64,000 nt of DNA from the NCBI RefSeq assembly GCF_009914755.1, contig NC_060932.1. One strand, written 5' to 3'. This DNA comes from the human T2T-CHM13v2.0 reference genome, Homo sapiens. The notes below the pieces were generated by a model, which ran no database searches, had not been told where the DNA came from, and saw only the letters and a list, made by a program, of their open reading frames with translations. This document shows positions 14,200 through 28,537 of this stretch, piece by piece. The translations under genes and the position numbers were made by a program. Position 1 is the stretch's first letter, and each line of letters starts with the position of its first letter.

Positions 14200-14420
14200 G
14201 GGTGGTGGTTAACCGCACGACTCAGATCCAAACCCTGGCTCTCCCACGCTCCAGCTGTGTGACCTTGGACCAGTTCCTTAGCAGCTCTGTCACTCGGTTT
14301 CTACAAATAAGGAGCATAATATTAATACTTACCCAGTAAAGCTGCTGTGAGGACCACGTGAGCTAATCTACGTGAGATGCTGACAATACTGCCTGGCACG
14401 TGGAAGGTGCGCATTAACAG
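14200..14420. mobile_element. MIR SINE (representative; further MIR-like remnants near 1170-1290, 10180-10290 and 18130-18290)
   Basis: Core motifs agctgtgtgaccttggac...ctcggtttctacaaat...gtgagga...gcctggcacg; boundaries approximate. Confidence 0.65.
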
Positions 14421-15856
14421 TCAGTTAGGCCAAACGAAGGATGACTGTGTGGAATGGGCTTGGGGTAGGGGAAAGAAAGACAAAGAAATCACTTGGAAGG
14501 GACCAGCAACAGGGGAACAGCAGAGGAGGGAAGGGACAGGTGCTGGGGACATAAGGGCCCGGAGAGCACTGAGTAAGGAGTAGCCAGACCTGGATTCTAA
14601 TCCTGACTCTGTTGACGGCCGGCTGCCACCTGGAGAGAGGCTGCTCCTCTCTGGGGCTCCAGTTCCCCACCAGGATAACAAAACACACAAAAAAGGAAAA
14701 AGCCAGCTGTATTAGGAGAACTCTACTCTGATTCTCATATCCGGAATCAATAGGAAAGTGTAAGCTTATGCAAACGAAAGAGGACTGGACCTCTGCTCTG
14801 AGAACCAAGTGCTGAAACAGGCACTACCTCATTTGACATTTCAAGCGATCGTATGGGATATTGTTCCCATTTTCACGGCAGAAAACCCAGTCTCCAGACA
14901 GTGCACCGCCCGGTCTCCATCCTGGCTGCAAAGCCCACAGAGCCCCTCCAGGCCAAGGCCACTTGCTGCGGTTCTGAGTTGCTGACAGCAGAGGGCGCCC
15001 CCACTCCACTGAAAGCAGAAAACCGCCGGCTGCCCGTGCCTGACCACTCTGAAACCTCGCTGCTGATCAGCACATTCAGTGTGGGAGGGAGACACGTGGT
15101 GTCTTTCTTCTCCTTCTCCCTCACATACAGTAAACCATTCATATAACATGGGTGCTAGAACTGAATTAACGTATTGTTTTCCCCTGAAATCGGCTGCAGC
15201 CCCTTCGTGCCTTTGATGAGCAGGATGGCCCAGGTGTCCCTGTGGTACTTCATGCAGAGAGGGCCTCAGCACACCCTGCATAAATCCTCCCCACAGCCTC
15301 CTGGCCCTCCGCCTCTGCCCTCGATCCGATCCATTGCCTCTCCCATTGCCAAAGTGGTCTCCCCAAAATCCATTTCTGGACATCCTTCCTTTCCCAGCCC
15401 CCCATGGTTCCCATGGCCTGCAGGATGCAGCCGCCTCCTCAGCCTGGCAGCAGGGGACCCTCCCCATCTGTCTTGCTCACTCTCGGCCACAGCAGCAGTT
15501 GCACGGCACTGTTGACTGTCACTGAAGCACACTCTTGCCCGAGCCTGCCCCTGGCTTGGCCACAGGATCGCCTCTTTCTAGAAAGCCCACCTTCCATTCT
15601 CCTCTCCGCCAACCAACATCCGGAGGCAGCAGAAGGCAGTGGAAGGGCGTGCACTGTGGCAGAGACATGCAGGTGCTCCTCTTTCCTGTGCTTTGACAAG
15701 AACTCAAACCCCTAGCAATCACAACGGACTCGTTTATTAAATAGGAATATGTAAAGTACCCTTCATTTGTTGTTTTTTGGTTCGAATTTGTGAGATAACA
15801 TAGGTGAAATTCTGGGTACTTAACAGATCACCACCCACAGTAAAGAACGCCATTAT

Positions 15857-16179
<323 letters not shown>

Positions 16180-19100
16180 CTACCTCCCCCATGAAGACTC
16201 TCCCATCTCCTGTCTCTCCAGCCCCCTCCAGAAGTGGCTTCTCTTTCTTCTGGAATTCAGTTTCCATCTCATCTCTTCCTCTCTCCTGACACGTAGGCTC
16301 TCCTTGTCCTATACTTTGCAAATCTTACCCTCCCCTCTAAGCTGTGAGTTTAAGAGTCAAGGCCTGGATGTGATTTGTCTTCTACCCCCTGCAGGGCCTG
16401 GCGTGCAGTGATGCTCATGACATGAATGGATGCAGGCACTGTACTGACTGACGTGAACTCAACAGTTCAACAATGAGCTCCCTGCTGTACTCGGACCACA
16501 TAACGTGGCCTCAGGAGAGGAAGATAAATGAAACACAGAAGTCTTCAGGCAGCTCCCACCCACCCAATTATGTTACTGTGCTCACCCAACAAAGGAATCC
16601 ATGCCCTCACCCTGTGGTCTCCTTGGGAAGGGGGAAGATGGCATCTTAGGAGCTGAGAGCCACCCTGGCTGCCCCCACCCAGACACCTCCAAGCTAATGA
16701 TGCCCATTCCCAGGGACTTCCACCCAAAGGGCTGCCTTGTCCTCCCGGTGGGGACTCCACCACCACCCTGTTCTAGGAGCAGCACATCCTAAGGTGTCTC
16801 GGGATGAGCCCTGGAGCTACCCACGGACTTGGTACCTGAGATCTCGAGCTGCCAAGTGGCTGCTCCATAAAGGCAACCGAGTGAAGATGAATGCGGGCAT
16901 CTGTAGGCACCCAGCACACAGCGGGTACCCAGTAAATACTTATCACAGTCACTCCTAGTGCATGACACTGCCAACCCCTCAAAAGCAACACAAATTGGGG
17001 GTGAGACTTATTGATGACTTTTTATAAGGCTGACTTGGGAGCCAAAATGGAAAAGACAGAGGTGCCCATGTCTGCAGGGTGGATTGTGGCTTCAGTCCCT
17101 TCAAAACACCAACTCTCTTTTGTTAATTGCTTAGGGACCTTCTACCAGGTGCCAAGCCCTGCACTTGCTCTCATAACTCATTGGATCCTTAGAGCCACTA
17201 ACTGGGAGAGGCATCACCATCCACCCCTAAATGTCAAGTATGGACATGGAGGCCAGAGGGGTCCAGAGCTTGTCTAAGGTACCTGCACTGGTGGAGGCCA
17301 ACCAGGGTGACAGCCTAGTTCCTCCGATTCCAAGGCTGGTGCTCTTCCCATTTTGAGGCCCCTCCTTGCTCTGAGTCAGGGCAGGACACCTGGGGAACCT
17401 CAGGACTGGAATGTTTACAGCCACCCAACGTTGTCTGGGAGACATGGTTTTCTAGGTGGAAACAGGGCCCTCAACGCCCAGTGCTTGGCCCTTTTTGTGT
17501 GTAGACTCCTCTCTGTGCCTGGCTGGATTCACCTTATGATTTGCCCAGCAGCCCCTGGACAGCCCACTCGGGCTCCGCCACCTGGACCTCCTCATGCCTC
17601 CAGAGCCTTCAGTTACCTCACTGTGCCTGCAGAGACATGATCTGGTAAACCCCCAGATGAAGGGCCGTCTCCCTGCTTTACAGGGAATGCCCTGCCCTGG
17701 GGCTGTTAGAGGTGGCCTCAGTGCTGGACGATGGTGGCTGTCTCTGCTAAGGCAGGGCTGGGGCACTGTCCCACCCCATGTTGGGCAAGGCCAGGCAGCT
17801 GGAAGGGCTTTTTCCAAGAGAAGATGGAAACCTTCTTGCTGATATAAGAAATCAGAGAGGTTCCTGAGAAAATAAACTGTAAGCACCCACCAATACGAGA
17901 GCTGAAAAGGGGTGTTCGGCATCACGCAACCCAGGCTCTTCCTTGGCAGGTGGGTAAACAGAGGCACAGAGAGGAGCCAGCTCTTTTGTGAGTCACCAGC
18001 ACATCAGCAAGGGAGTCGGAGGCAGTGCAAAGCTGACCTTCAGAGGTGCGGGCTCATCCTCACCCCTTCTCCGTGTCTGTTTTCTCTTTCTCTCTATCCT
18101 CAAACCCCATATATAAAGCACATGCTGCCCAGAACCTTTCTAAGCCTTTTGTAAATATTAACTCATGGAATCCTCATCATATCCTTATGAAGTAGATAAA
18201 ATTACTCTCTGCAGTGAAGAAACCTGGGACTTGCAGGTTAAATAATTCTGCACAGGTCACACTGCTCGCAGAGCCCCGAGCTGGGATTCAAGGGCAGGCC
18301 CCAGGATCACAGTGCAGGGCTGCTCTAGCCACGGCCACGTCACCTGGTGCAGGCTGCAGGGACTCAGAGGCTGATGGGGGCGTGGCTGAGGTTACTCCCT
18401 GCACCTCACCAGGGGATGATCTTCGCTTCCTGAGCTTACCCCAAAGGAAGCTCCCACAGCAGGTAGAGCTATGGCGACAGTCTAGGGGAAATACGCCAGC
18501 ATTCTGCCTTTCTGACCTTCGGGCCTGGTAACCCACAGATGGGAAGGCCCAAACCAGAAATGAGGAGTTTCTGGATCCTGCTGGCTTTCTAACAGGCCAC
18601 AGGGCATCAGGAAACACATGGCCTCTGCGCTCAGTTTCCCCCGCTTCACAATCAGGAGTTCTCCCCCGGCTTCTCTACAGCCCTTTCCAAGTCTGATAAT
18701 TTAGGATTTTGATAAAACCGCAGTGTTCCTTGACTGAACAAAAGTCTTAAAGCAAGACTCCAAAAGCTTGCTGGAAAAACGTCCAACGCTACATGGAAAA
18801 AAGCCTGTTGCTTCCAAACGGTGTTTTGGCAAGAACAAAACAGTGCATACAGACTGGATTTCTCTTGAAGCAAGTGGGAAAAAGTAATAAATGTTTGTGA
18901 ATGTGTTAGTTATGGACCGGACACTGTTCCTGTTATCCACCTTCCAACGGCTTCAGAGAAGACATTAATATTTCCATCCTGCAAGTGAGAAAACGGAGGC
19001 TCCAGTAGCTGTGGCAGCTGTCCCAGTGGCAGACCTGGCCCCCCGGGGCCTGCGGAGAGCTCTTTGCTTCTCTGGGAAAGCCGACTGCACCGCGCCTCAG

Positions 19101-19911
19101 GAGCTCACCCGAAGCCCCCGCAGCCTCCAGGAAGCGTGGAGATCATTGTTCCGATGGAGACGGTTCCTGCTGTGGACGCTCAGTGAGTGTTTTCTCCCTG
19201 TGATGTTTCCTGGCTCAGGTGAGGTGGTCCAGGCAGCTTCCTGTTGGCCGTCTCATCCACTCCCAGGGTTTCGTCTAACCCTGAGCGTGGAGTACCCCCT
19301 TTAAACCCACCCGCACATCGCCAAAAAGTCCCATTCCACACCTGTGAGGGAAGGCCGTCTGCACGCTGAGTTCGATCTTGGTTCCTGCATCGTCTCTCGC
19401 ATGGGCCCGGTGCTCACCCATGTGTCAACAGAGGACTGGCCACGGGCCATGCTGCAGGTACCAGCTCAGGCAGGGAAGACCCAGAGGTGAATAAGGTGCG
19501 TTATGTTAAAAATCCAAGAGTCTACATATGTGTGTGGGGGTGGGTGGCTGAAAGGCAAACAAATGCCATGTGGTTGACCAAGGTCATCACGGTGAAGAGG
19601 ACAGGGGTTCTAAGCAGCACAGAAGGAGAGGCTCTGGGACAGGTCCAGGGAAACCCAGCAAGACTTCTGAGGGAGAGATGCTTGAGCAAAGCGTATTTAA
19701 AAAAAAGATTTTTATACCAATCTTCGTGGCTGGATGGCTGGGTGGGTGGGCACGTGACTGAGGCAATGAATAGAATACAGGAACGGATGCGTCCATTCAC
19801 CTTTTCATACATTTCTAATCACGCTGTAGGTTTCTTAGGTCAGAGATTATGCTTGTAGTTTTGGATTCTTTCTGGCACATTAAAGAAAATAAATACTTAA
19901 AACATAGTTTT

Positions 19912-20125
<214 letters not shown>

Positions 20126-21596
20126 TCAATGTTTCTCCATTAGGCAGAGGGTGCTGAGTGCTGGGAGGCGTCTCTGCAAAGCCCCGGCGCCGCGTGTGGC
20201 CTAGCTGCAGACACTGAGGCTGGGGACAGGCCCCCCAGTTAAAAAATATATATTCTTTAAAAAACAAACAAAGCAAAACAAACAAAAAACATTCTTTTTG
20301 CACTTCAGATTAGTGCTGTGTGACTTACACCCACTTTCCTGGACTGCTGGCTCATGGAACAGTGAACCCAGATGAGGCAAACAAGCCCCAGGAGCGGAAC
20401 CACCACAGGCCCCTGAGTGGCCTTCCCCTGACAGGCTCAGCCCAGCCCAGGATTCAGACAAATGGAGAAGCCACCGCCTTCCCAGGCTGATCCCGGCTTC
20501 TGGCTGCCCCCCGAGGGACCACATTGGTACTGGATTTGGTTCTGATGACCAAGGCACTAGGAGTCTTCGGCCTCCATATCCCCTTCAAATACGGCTGTCT
20601 CTTGTCTTCACACAACCTGGCTCTGTGCTCCTGTCCTTTGGAGTGGGGGGTCCCACACCTTGGATTCATCCATTGTCCTTACAGGGGATCTGGCCGTAGG
20701 ACATGTGATTTGAAGGAGTCATCTCTTATTCATTTATTGATTTAGCAAATGTGTATCAAAGGCCACCTCTGCCCCAGCTCGACAGTAAAGCACTGCACAC
20801 CTGCAGCCGTGTGTTGAGCTGACTACGTAAATATCCGCCATGTGTTGGCAGGTGTTGCCCGCTAAACTCTTGGGACCTTGATGGAGGGCCTGCACCAGGC
20901 ACTCTGTGGGTGCTGAGGGAAGACGGGATGCCTGGAAGCCTGTTTCAGACTCCAGGCCAGGGACAGGCTCCACCTCTGACTGCACCCTCAGGTGACAGCC
21001 AGCGTGTGACCCCCACATGCCTGGGCCTTCTGTCTGAATCACTGCTGAGCCACACGCTTTGGATGTGAGTCTCAAGCTTCCTCTGGCTTCTACAGCCCAG
21101 CCCTGCTGCGGGGCAGTTCCTCAAACCCCACTCTCCGCTACACGGGGATTGAAATAAGACCCCTGCTCCCTCCAGCACCAGAGCTGCACAGCAACTCACG
21201 CTCCTGTGTGCCCAGAGCCTCAGTTACTCCAAATGCCACTTTTATGTCCTCACCATGTGAGGGAAGGAGCAGAGGGCCCACAGAGAGAGCTGACCAGCAA
21301 ACAAATCTACAGAAACATGTGAAAGCTCTCGGAAGAGGTAACGGTAAGGGTTTTGCTTATTAAAGTTAAAATGATTAAAATTTAATATACAAACAAACAA
21401 AAATCATGTTTGGGAGCCTGCTTTGGGGAACGAGGCCAGTCCCCGCCTCCCTGAATGAAAAGGGACCTTTCAGAAAGCAACGTGAGCGAGCCACAGACAG
21501 ATTCATTTGCTTTGACCAGTAATTTCACTTCTGGGAAAGCAGCCTAAGGAAATAATCATAAATTTGAAAATAAATAAATAAAGCTATAAGTTTTAA

Positions 21597-21918
<322 letters not shown>

Positions 21919-23166
21919 AGCATTCTTTTTAAAAGTGAAAAACTGGAAACAATTGTAAATGATCAATGCCAGGGGAATGGGTACCTGAATTATGGTTTAT
22001 TCACTCAGTGGAACGCTGTGCAGTCATTTAAAACAAGCTCTAAAAACTCTACAGCAGCACGGAGAAAACGCTGCATGTCGGAACAGCAAACAGGACGCAG
22101 CATGGAATACAGGATGATGTGGCTGTGGAGGGACACTCCCCATGTGTAAGAATTCCCAAGGGAAATATGCCTACGTGCCCACTATAGTTGTATCAGGATG
22201 GCAGGATTACAGGCTATGTTTCACTATCTTTCAAATATCTTAAAATAAATGTAAATTAAGGTTGAAGAACAAGTTCCTATGGAACTAGAGAGTCACATCC
22301 TGCAGGAAGACAGCATGCAGCAGACCCCAGCAAAGCATCTCAGACATGGGTTAGGCGAGAGGGCCTAGCCCCAGCTCTTGGGACACATTGCTCCAGATCG
22401 TAAGGAACTCAATGAATGGGGCTGGGAAGAGTACACTGAAAATTCAGCAGCAGCTATGGTTTGGGAAGGTGGAGCTGGGTGGGAGTTGCAGTGGTTGGGC
22501 AGCCATCCCCACCACTCCCCAGGGGAACCATGAACCGGCAACAATGTCAGCACATATGGCGGAATCCAATCGGAGAACCCTTCCACTGTTACCTGGCAGC
22601 AGTCATGAAGGAGCCTCCACCTAGGCCTCCTCAGACATGTTGGTTGCATGGCAATCTACATTTAAGAGCCCGAGTGTGGGCCAGTTCACAACGTTTGGTG
22701 ACTGTGGCTCAAATGCAGGTCACCAATGCCACTCTTGTCACCACTCATTCTTCCATTTGTTTGAGAGCCAGGGTAACTGAGGACCAGAGAAGTTATGTAA
22801 CTTGCCAAGTAAGATACGAGTCCTCTGAGGCAGCAACTGGGACTTTGGAGTCCAATCCTTAAACCTGTCTGGTCTGGAAACCCTAAACTCCGCCTTGGTG
22901 CAGAGGATGACAATACCTGCAGGTACTGAGACCACAGCCTTCCCAGCACAACTTACATTTAGGGTGGGAAATTAACACTGTCTGCATCAGCCCTCGCCTG
23001 CCACATGCACACATACACATGCAAATATACATGTACACACATGTGCACACATGCACACACAAATGTGTACACACACACACGAGCATACACAGAGCAGATG
23101 GTTCCATGCACCCTCTCCCTTTTCTATGGAAAGCCGTATTGATGAATGAGTGCAGACTATAAATAC

Positions 23167-23211
23167 CTTTTCTCCTCGAGTTCCCTTTTCACCTCGTTCT
23201 CCTTGGAGACC
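23167..23211 (-). CDS. COL22A1: COL22A1 exon, 45 bp (GLQGERGEKGTRGEK), includes the GLQGER integrin-binding motif
   Basis: ccccag|GGT CTC CAA...GAA AAG|gtattt. Confidence 0.95.
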
Positions 23212-24661
23212 CTGGGGGACAAAGAAAGAGCAGTGACCCAACATCTTAATCTGGCTTCTCTGTGCTCACCGTGGGGGTGTCCATGGAGAAACTGCCTGGC
23301 AGCTTCCAGCCCAGGGTGGCAGGGATGGTGATAGTGAGGACCCTGTCTCCCTGTGTAGTCTAAGGCCACAAAGCAGCTGCTGTGTCGTCTGGGCCTGGGC
23401 AGCAGAGGCAGGCCACTTCCAGAGTGAGACGTGAGTTCCTGGGCTTGTCCCTTGGCTTAGGCGATCCAGGTCCTCACGGCCATAGATTGGGACATAGCCC
23501 GGCTCCTGAACTCCAGTGGCCAAGGACAGAAATGTGGCTTCAAAGTCAGTTCCCCCCAAGACACTACATCTGTGATACCCCATGACCATGGTGCCCAGCC
23601 AGGGGTCCCAACGTTGAATCAGAGAATGGCTCCTTTAAGGCAATCGCCCCTCCTCCCTCGGGGATAGGGTCACTGTCTGTCCCCATTGCTCATCCTGCCT
23701 TTATCTAGAGCAGCACCTAGACCTTGTGCTGTGGACTCCCTGCCCCTCTGTGTATAGACTAGGTGGGAATGTCAGCCAGGATATGGGTTTCTCTGAGTGC
23801 AGGATCCAAAACATGATCCCCCTGCTTCCCCCCACCCCATCATCCAGGGTCACTGGATCCTCTTACCATGCGTCACTTTGTTGATAATACTCAGCCCTGA
23901 ACGCTGCATTTTCTGCCTCCCCCAGGTAGAATGTAAGCCCCACTAGGGCAGTTCCTTCAATATGGTATCCCCAGAGTCTAGAACAGAGCCTGTCACTTGG
24001 TAGGCACTAATACACATTTGTTGAATGACTAACTGACCCAGTGAGTGACTGTGTCGATCCCTCGTTTGGCACAGGAATCTTCTAGGGGTTGTGTCGGAAG
24101 GCTACTGCCCTACTCTGAGAAGCAGAAGGCCTGGCAGTGCATGTGCCTGCTCTTCCCAGGTGCACAGATTACACGGTGAGGCACTGGGGCCACCCACACG
24201 AGCTGAAAAAAGCACAGCTCCTCCCCAGGCAGCAACCAGCAGGCCAGGCAATGGCGCAGGGTAGGGACCTCCAGGATGAGCAGGAACATGTCCTGTGTAT
24301 CTATGTGAGCTCCCTGTGGGCTCCACTCCCTTTTCTCTCCTTTCTTGGAGAAGAGACCCTGGGGCATTCTATGGAAAAGATGGTAGAGATAGCGGGTGCC
24401 ACCCAGGCCTCCTTGTTGATTTCTGGAATGATACACACATCTTTGACCTAGAGAGAGTACAGGGCCAAGGCCACAAGACGCCGTCCTAAAGAGCAGAGCA
24501 TCTGCAGGGCCATCCAGACCTAAAGGGTGAGTGGGCATCCTTCCTGTTTTAATTTCATCTAAATATTTTGGTCACACACAGAGATCAGAGGTCTTCAATG
24601 TCTCCCTGGCAACTCAAGCTGCTTTGCTTGAAAATGACATTTTACACTGCTTCTTTCATTT

Positions 24662-25051
24662 ATCTATGTTTTAAGCCCTGCATGCATTAGATATTTGTCC
24701 TAATGCTCTCCCTCCCCTTGCCCACCACCCCCCAACAGGCCCTTGTGTGTGATGTTCCTCTCCCTGTGTCCATGTGTTCTCATTGTTCAACTCCCACTTA
24801 TGAGTGAGAACATACAGTGTTTGGTTTTCTGTTCCTGTGTTAGTTTGCTGAGGATGATGGTTTCCAGCTTCATCCATATCCTTACAAAGGACAAGGACTT
24901 ATCCATTTTTATGGCTGCGTAGTATTCCATGGTACATATGTGCTGCATTTTCTTTATCCAGTCTATCATTGATGCACATTTGGGTTGGTTCCAAGTCTTA
25001 GCTATTGTAAATAGTGTTGCAATAAACATACGTGTGCATGTGTCTTTATAG
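24662..25051 (-). mobile_element. L1PA (L1PA8-like) ORF2 end / 3'UTR fragment
   Basis: ORF 24787..25029 is the L1 ORF2 C-terminus (MFIATLFTIAKTWNQPKC...CMFSLISGS), followed by 3'UTR motifs. Confidence 0.9.
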
Positions 25052-25553
25052 AGAATCGAGAATAGTGTTAAATGGTCGAGAAGCTACTTTGTTCCTCATA
25101 CACCATATCTGTTTGTTCATCTCTTTATTCACTGGACATACTGAACACCATACTGGACAGTCTGGCACTGTTCCAGGGGCTAAGAATTCAGTAGACTCCA
25201 CCCTTCTTACAAGAGTACAGTACAGGACAGGCTGGGGAAAATGAATTCTTTAGATCAAGTGTCAAAAATCCTGTGGTGCTGGTTAAAAATGCAGATTCCT
25301 GGGATCTACCCTGCTTCTTGATGTGAGAAAGGGGTCCCAGGAATATGCATTTAAACTTGTTCTCTGGGTGATTCTTATGGACTGTAACATCTAATAATTT
25401 CTGGTCTAAGAAAGGAGATACCAACACTTCATTGGCATCAGTAAGGCAAAACAGCATTACTGTCTAGATGCAGGTGGAGGAACTTGCTAGAACCTGGTTT
25501 TTGATTCCTGGAGAAGGGGTAGAACCCCTGCCCAGACAAGTGCCTTCACTTAC

Positions 25554-25607
25554 AGGAGCTCCGACACGTCCAGGAGGTCCGGGGAGTCCAGGTGGTCCTT
25601 GGGGCCC
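25554..25607 (-). CDS. COL22A1: COL22A1 exon, 54 bp (GPQGPPGLPGPPGRVGAP)
   Basis: ctgcag|GGG CCC CAA...GCT CCT|gtaagt. Confidence 0.96.
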
Positions 25608-26709
25608 CTGCAGAAGAGCATTTACAGAGTAAAGTTTCAGGGATGGAAAAGAAAGGCAAGTGCAGCCGTACAGCTCAGCCAGTCCCACGTTTGGTGACAA
25701 GAGCTGCTAGCTCACCTCTCACCAAGTGCTGCCCATGCTGTTGGCACAGGTCTCGCCAGCAGACACTCCCTCGACCTCTGCTTCCCTTCCCTATTTAGAA
25801 GTCATGCCATCTGCTGCCTGGTGGAGCCCTGATTCACACCCAGATTCTCTTGACTTCAAGAAACAGCTAAAGGTGTGTGCCTATGAACCACCAGGAGGCC
25901 AGATGCTACTATTCCATTTCACTCTCCCCGTGCCCCTCGGCCTCCCCATGACCTGGGTCTGGATATGTTCATAGCTTCTGAAACATTACAACTGATTCCT
26001 GTGGCTCATCATTCACACTTTGCCATGGGCTCAGTACAGCCTGGACAAGTCCTGACAAAGAGCTCAGAAGTCTGCAGACCTGGAGGTACCTCTGCTAACC
26101 AGACCATGAAGTGCTATTGCCTCTGAACAACTAGTTTGGAAATTATCTATTAAAGTCTGCTAAAATAACAACATGTATTCATTCAGCCAAGGGTATCCCA
26201 ATTTTTAATCTATCCTACTGCAATAAAAATATAGTAGATAAGGAGAAACACACAAATGCACACATGCACGCATATTCAGTGCTTCATTAATTTTAGTGGA
26301 AAACAAATGACATTAGTATAGTCCTTAGGACCATAAATAGGGGAATGTTATATATTACAATACATCCATATGAATGTTATATATTACAATATATCCATGT
26401 ATGATTGGGTACATCCAATACATCTAATTCTATGCATTGATTAAGAGAATGTGTGGGGCCCATCTGTATTTACAGAGAAAGATGTCTCTCATCTCTTGTT
26501 AAATAACAAAGATAAATGACCAAGTATGATATAAATACATTTTTGTAAGAATTGTGTGTGGATATACACACACAAATGTGCAAGCAGTTATATGAGAAGA
26601 GGGGCAGGGAACCTATCTGAGCATCTCTTCTGCACCTAAAGCAACTGGCTTTGCACTGGGCCTTGTCCCCTGGGAGCATCAGAAGGGCCCAGCTCACAGC
26701 AACACTCAC

Positions 26710-26763
26710 CCGCATGCCGACCTCACCCGGCAGCCCCGGCTCTCCCAGCTCTCCTGGCTCCCC
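26710..26763 (-). CDS. COL22A1: COL22A1 exon, 54 bp (GEPGELGEPGLPGEVGMR)
   Basis: gttcag|GGG GAG CCA...ATG CGG|gtgagt. Confidence 0.96.
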
Positions 26764-26966
26764 CTGAACAAACAAAACAACACAAAGTCATAGGCAGTGG
26801 GACACAGGCCCAGGTACACCAGAGAAGCCCACAGTCTCCCAGGGCCTCTGCTTCCTGCAGCTCAGAACACATCACAGAAACAAGGTAGCCACCAGTGAGC
26901 AGGGCCCGGGCTCCCCTCAGATGCTATTTCTATAAGCAAAGAAGCGGACCTTTGCTGCACACAGTA

Positions 26967-27261
26967 TTTTTTTTTCTTTAGAAACAGGGTCTGATTCTGT
27001 CTCCCAGACTGGAGTGCAATGGCACGATCATAGCTCACTCATTATAACTTCAAAATACTTGGCTCAAGTGATCCTTCTGCCTCAGCTTCCCAAGTAGCCT
27101 GGACTACAGGCACGCACCACTGCAGCCGGTTGTTTTGTTTTTTGTAGAGACAGAGTCTCGCTTTGTTGCCTATGCTGGCCTTGAAATCCTAGCCTCAAGT
27201 GATTCTCCTGCCTCGGCCTCCCAAATAGCTGGGATTATAGTTGTGAGCCACCATGCCTGGC
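26967..27261 (-). mobile_element. Alu (AluJ-like)
   Basis: agaaacagggtct...gatcatagctcact...gtgagccaccatgcctggc; TSD acacagtatt at 26959-26968 and 27263-27272. Confidence 0.9.
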
Positions 27262-28127
27262 AACACAGTATTAGCTCCACTCCTACTCACTTCTGTGGCT
27301 GGAAGTCAACAAAATTAACTTTGGAGAGAGCAGGGGGAAAGTGTAAAAACTGGCGCCACCCTGACGGTTGTCTTCATGGAAAGGATGTTGGCCACCTAGA
27401 GTGGAGTGAGAAGAGAGTCTAGGGTCCAAGTAACTCCCCTTTCTCCCTTGTCTCCAGGATCTTAGACCACCTGTCCCAAAGTGCTGCCAGCTGTGGACCT
27501 CAGCGTTGCTCACAAGCCAGGTTCCCTCTCTGAGACCTGATCATGTGTGGCTGAACATGGCGAAGGGATCAGAGAGGTGAAGAACGCAGAACTAATGTGT
27601 ACTTGGATGCTTGGTGGAGAGGAGACTGACCCACCGAAGCTGAGATCACTTTGAGCTTGGGTTGCTGGAGGATGTTGCAGCTCAGAGGCAGGTGAGATGA
27701 AGAGGTGGGGTTTGGGGTAATGATCGGAGGAAAGCTGGCTTGCCACATAGGGTGTGGGGTGTTGCTTGGGTCTCACTCTGACTCCTCCAGCTACAAACTG
27801 GGGTCTTAAGCAAATCCATTGCCTCGCTGGGGCTAGTTCCAAGTCTAGGCACGGGGGATAACAAGGTTGCCTTGCAGAACTACTTGTTAACTAAATGAAA
27901 AATCATTTCCAAGGACAGGCAGGCGATACCCGGGGGGCAAAGCTGCTGCTGGTCTTGTCACAGCTATTAGGCTGAGCTCCTGGTATCTGCGAGGATCCTA
28001 ATATAAATACGTCCCCACTCAAGTCTGGCCCTGGCAATGCCACCCCACTTAAGGACACGGGGTTCTGACCAGGAGATCACCAGCCTAGTACTGCCTTGTG
28101 AGCCAGGGCAGACGGAACAGAACTTAC

Positions 28128-28181
28128 TCTCATGCCTTTGCTGCCGTCTCTCCCAGGGGGGCCGGGCAGGCCCAGGGAACC
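28128..28181 (-). CDS. COL22A1: COL22A1 exon, 54 bp (GSLGLPGPPGRDGSKGMR)
   Basis: ctttag|GGT TCC CTG...ATG AGA|gtaagt; canonical 54-bp collagen exon. Confidence 0.96.
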
Positions 28182-28537
28182 CTAAAGCCAAAAAAAGAGA
28201 ATAGCAATTAGTAAAGAATAACTGAGACAGGCTCTCAGAATGCTAGTGCAGTGGAGAACGTGCCAGGAAGGGAAGGAAATTGTGACCAAGACTGCTGCTC
28301 AAAAATTGATCCACAAGCCTGCAGCATAGGCATCACTTGGGAGAGTATAAAATGCAGATTCCCAGGTTTCACATCAGATCTACATCAGGGTCCATGTCAT
28401 AGCCACATACCCAGAAGATCTGTATGCACCTGATGTGGGAGGAAGCAGCTCTGGTCCATAGTCCTTCACTAGCTGGAGGTGCGGCCCTTCCTCGCCCTGG
28501 GCTTGGTCTCATATGTGTAAAGTAGAGGATTGGGCTG

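Noticed and set aside
14841-15467. 208-aa minus-strand ORF and similar 100-195 aa ORFs in GC-rich intron
   Set aside because: No recognisable domain and overlapping open frames on both strands; expected by chance at this base composition.
17545-17600. Plus-strand peptide APGQPTRAPPPGPP resembling collagen
   Set aside because: Wrong strand, no Gly-X-Y periodicity, and the traced exons already give a continuous protein.
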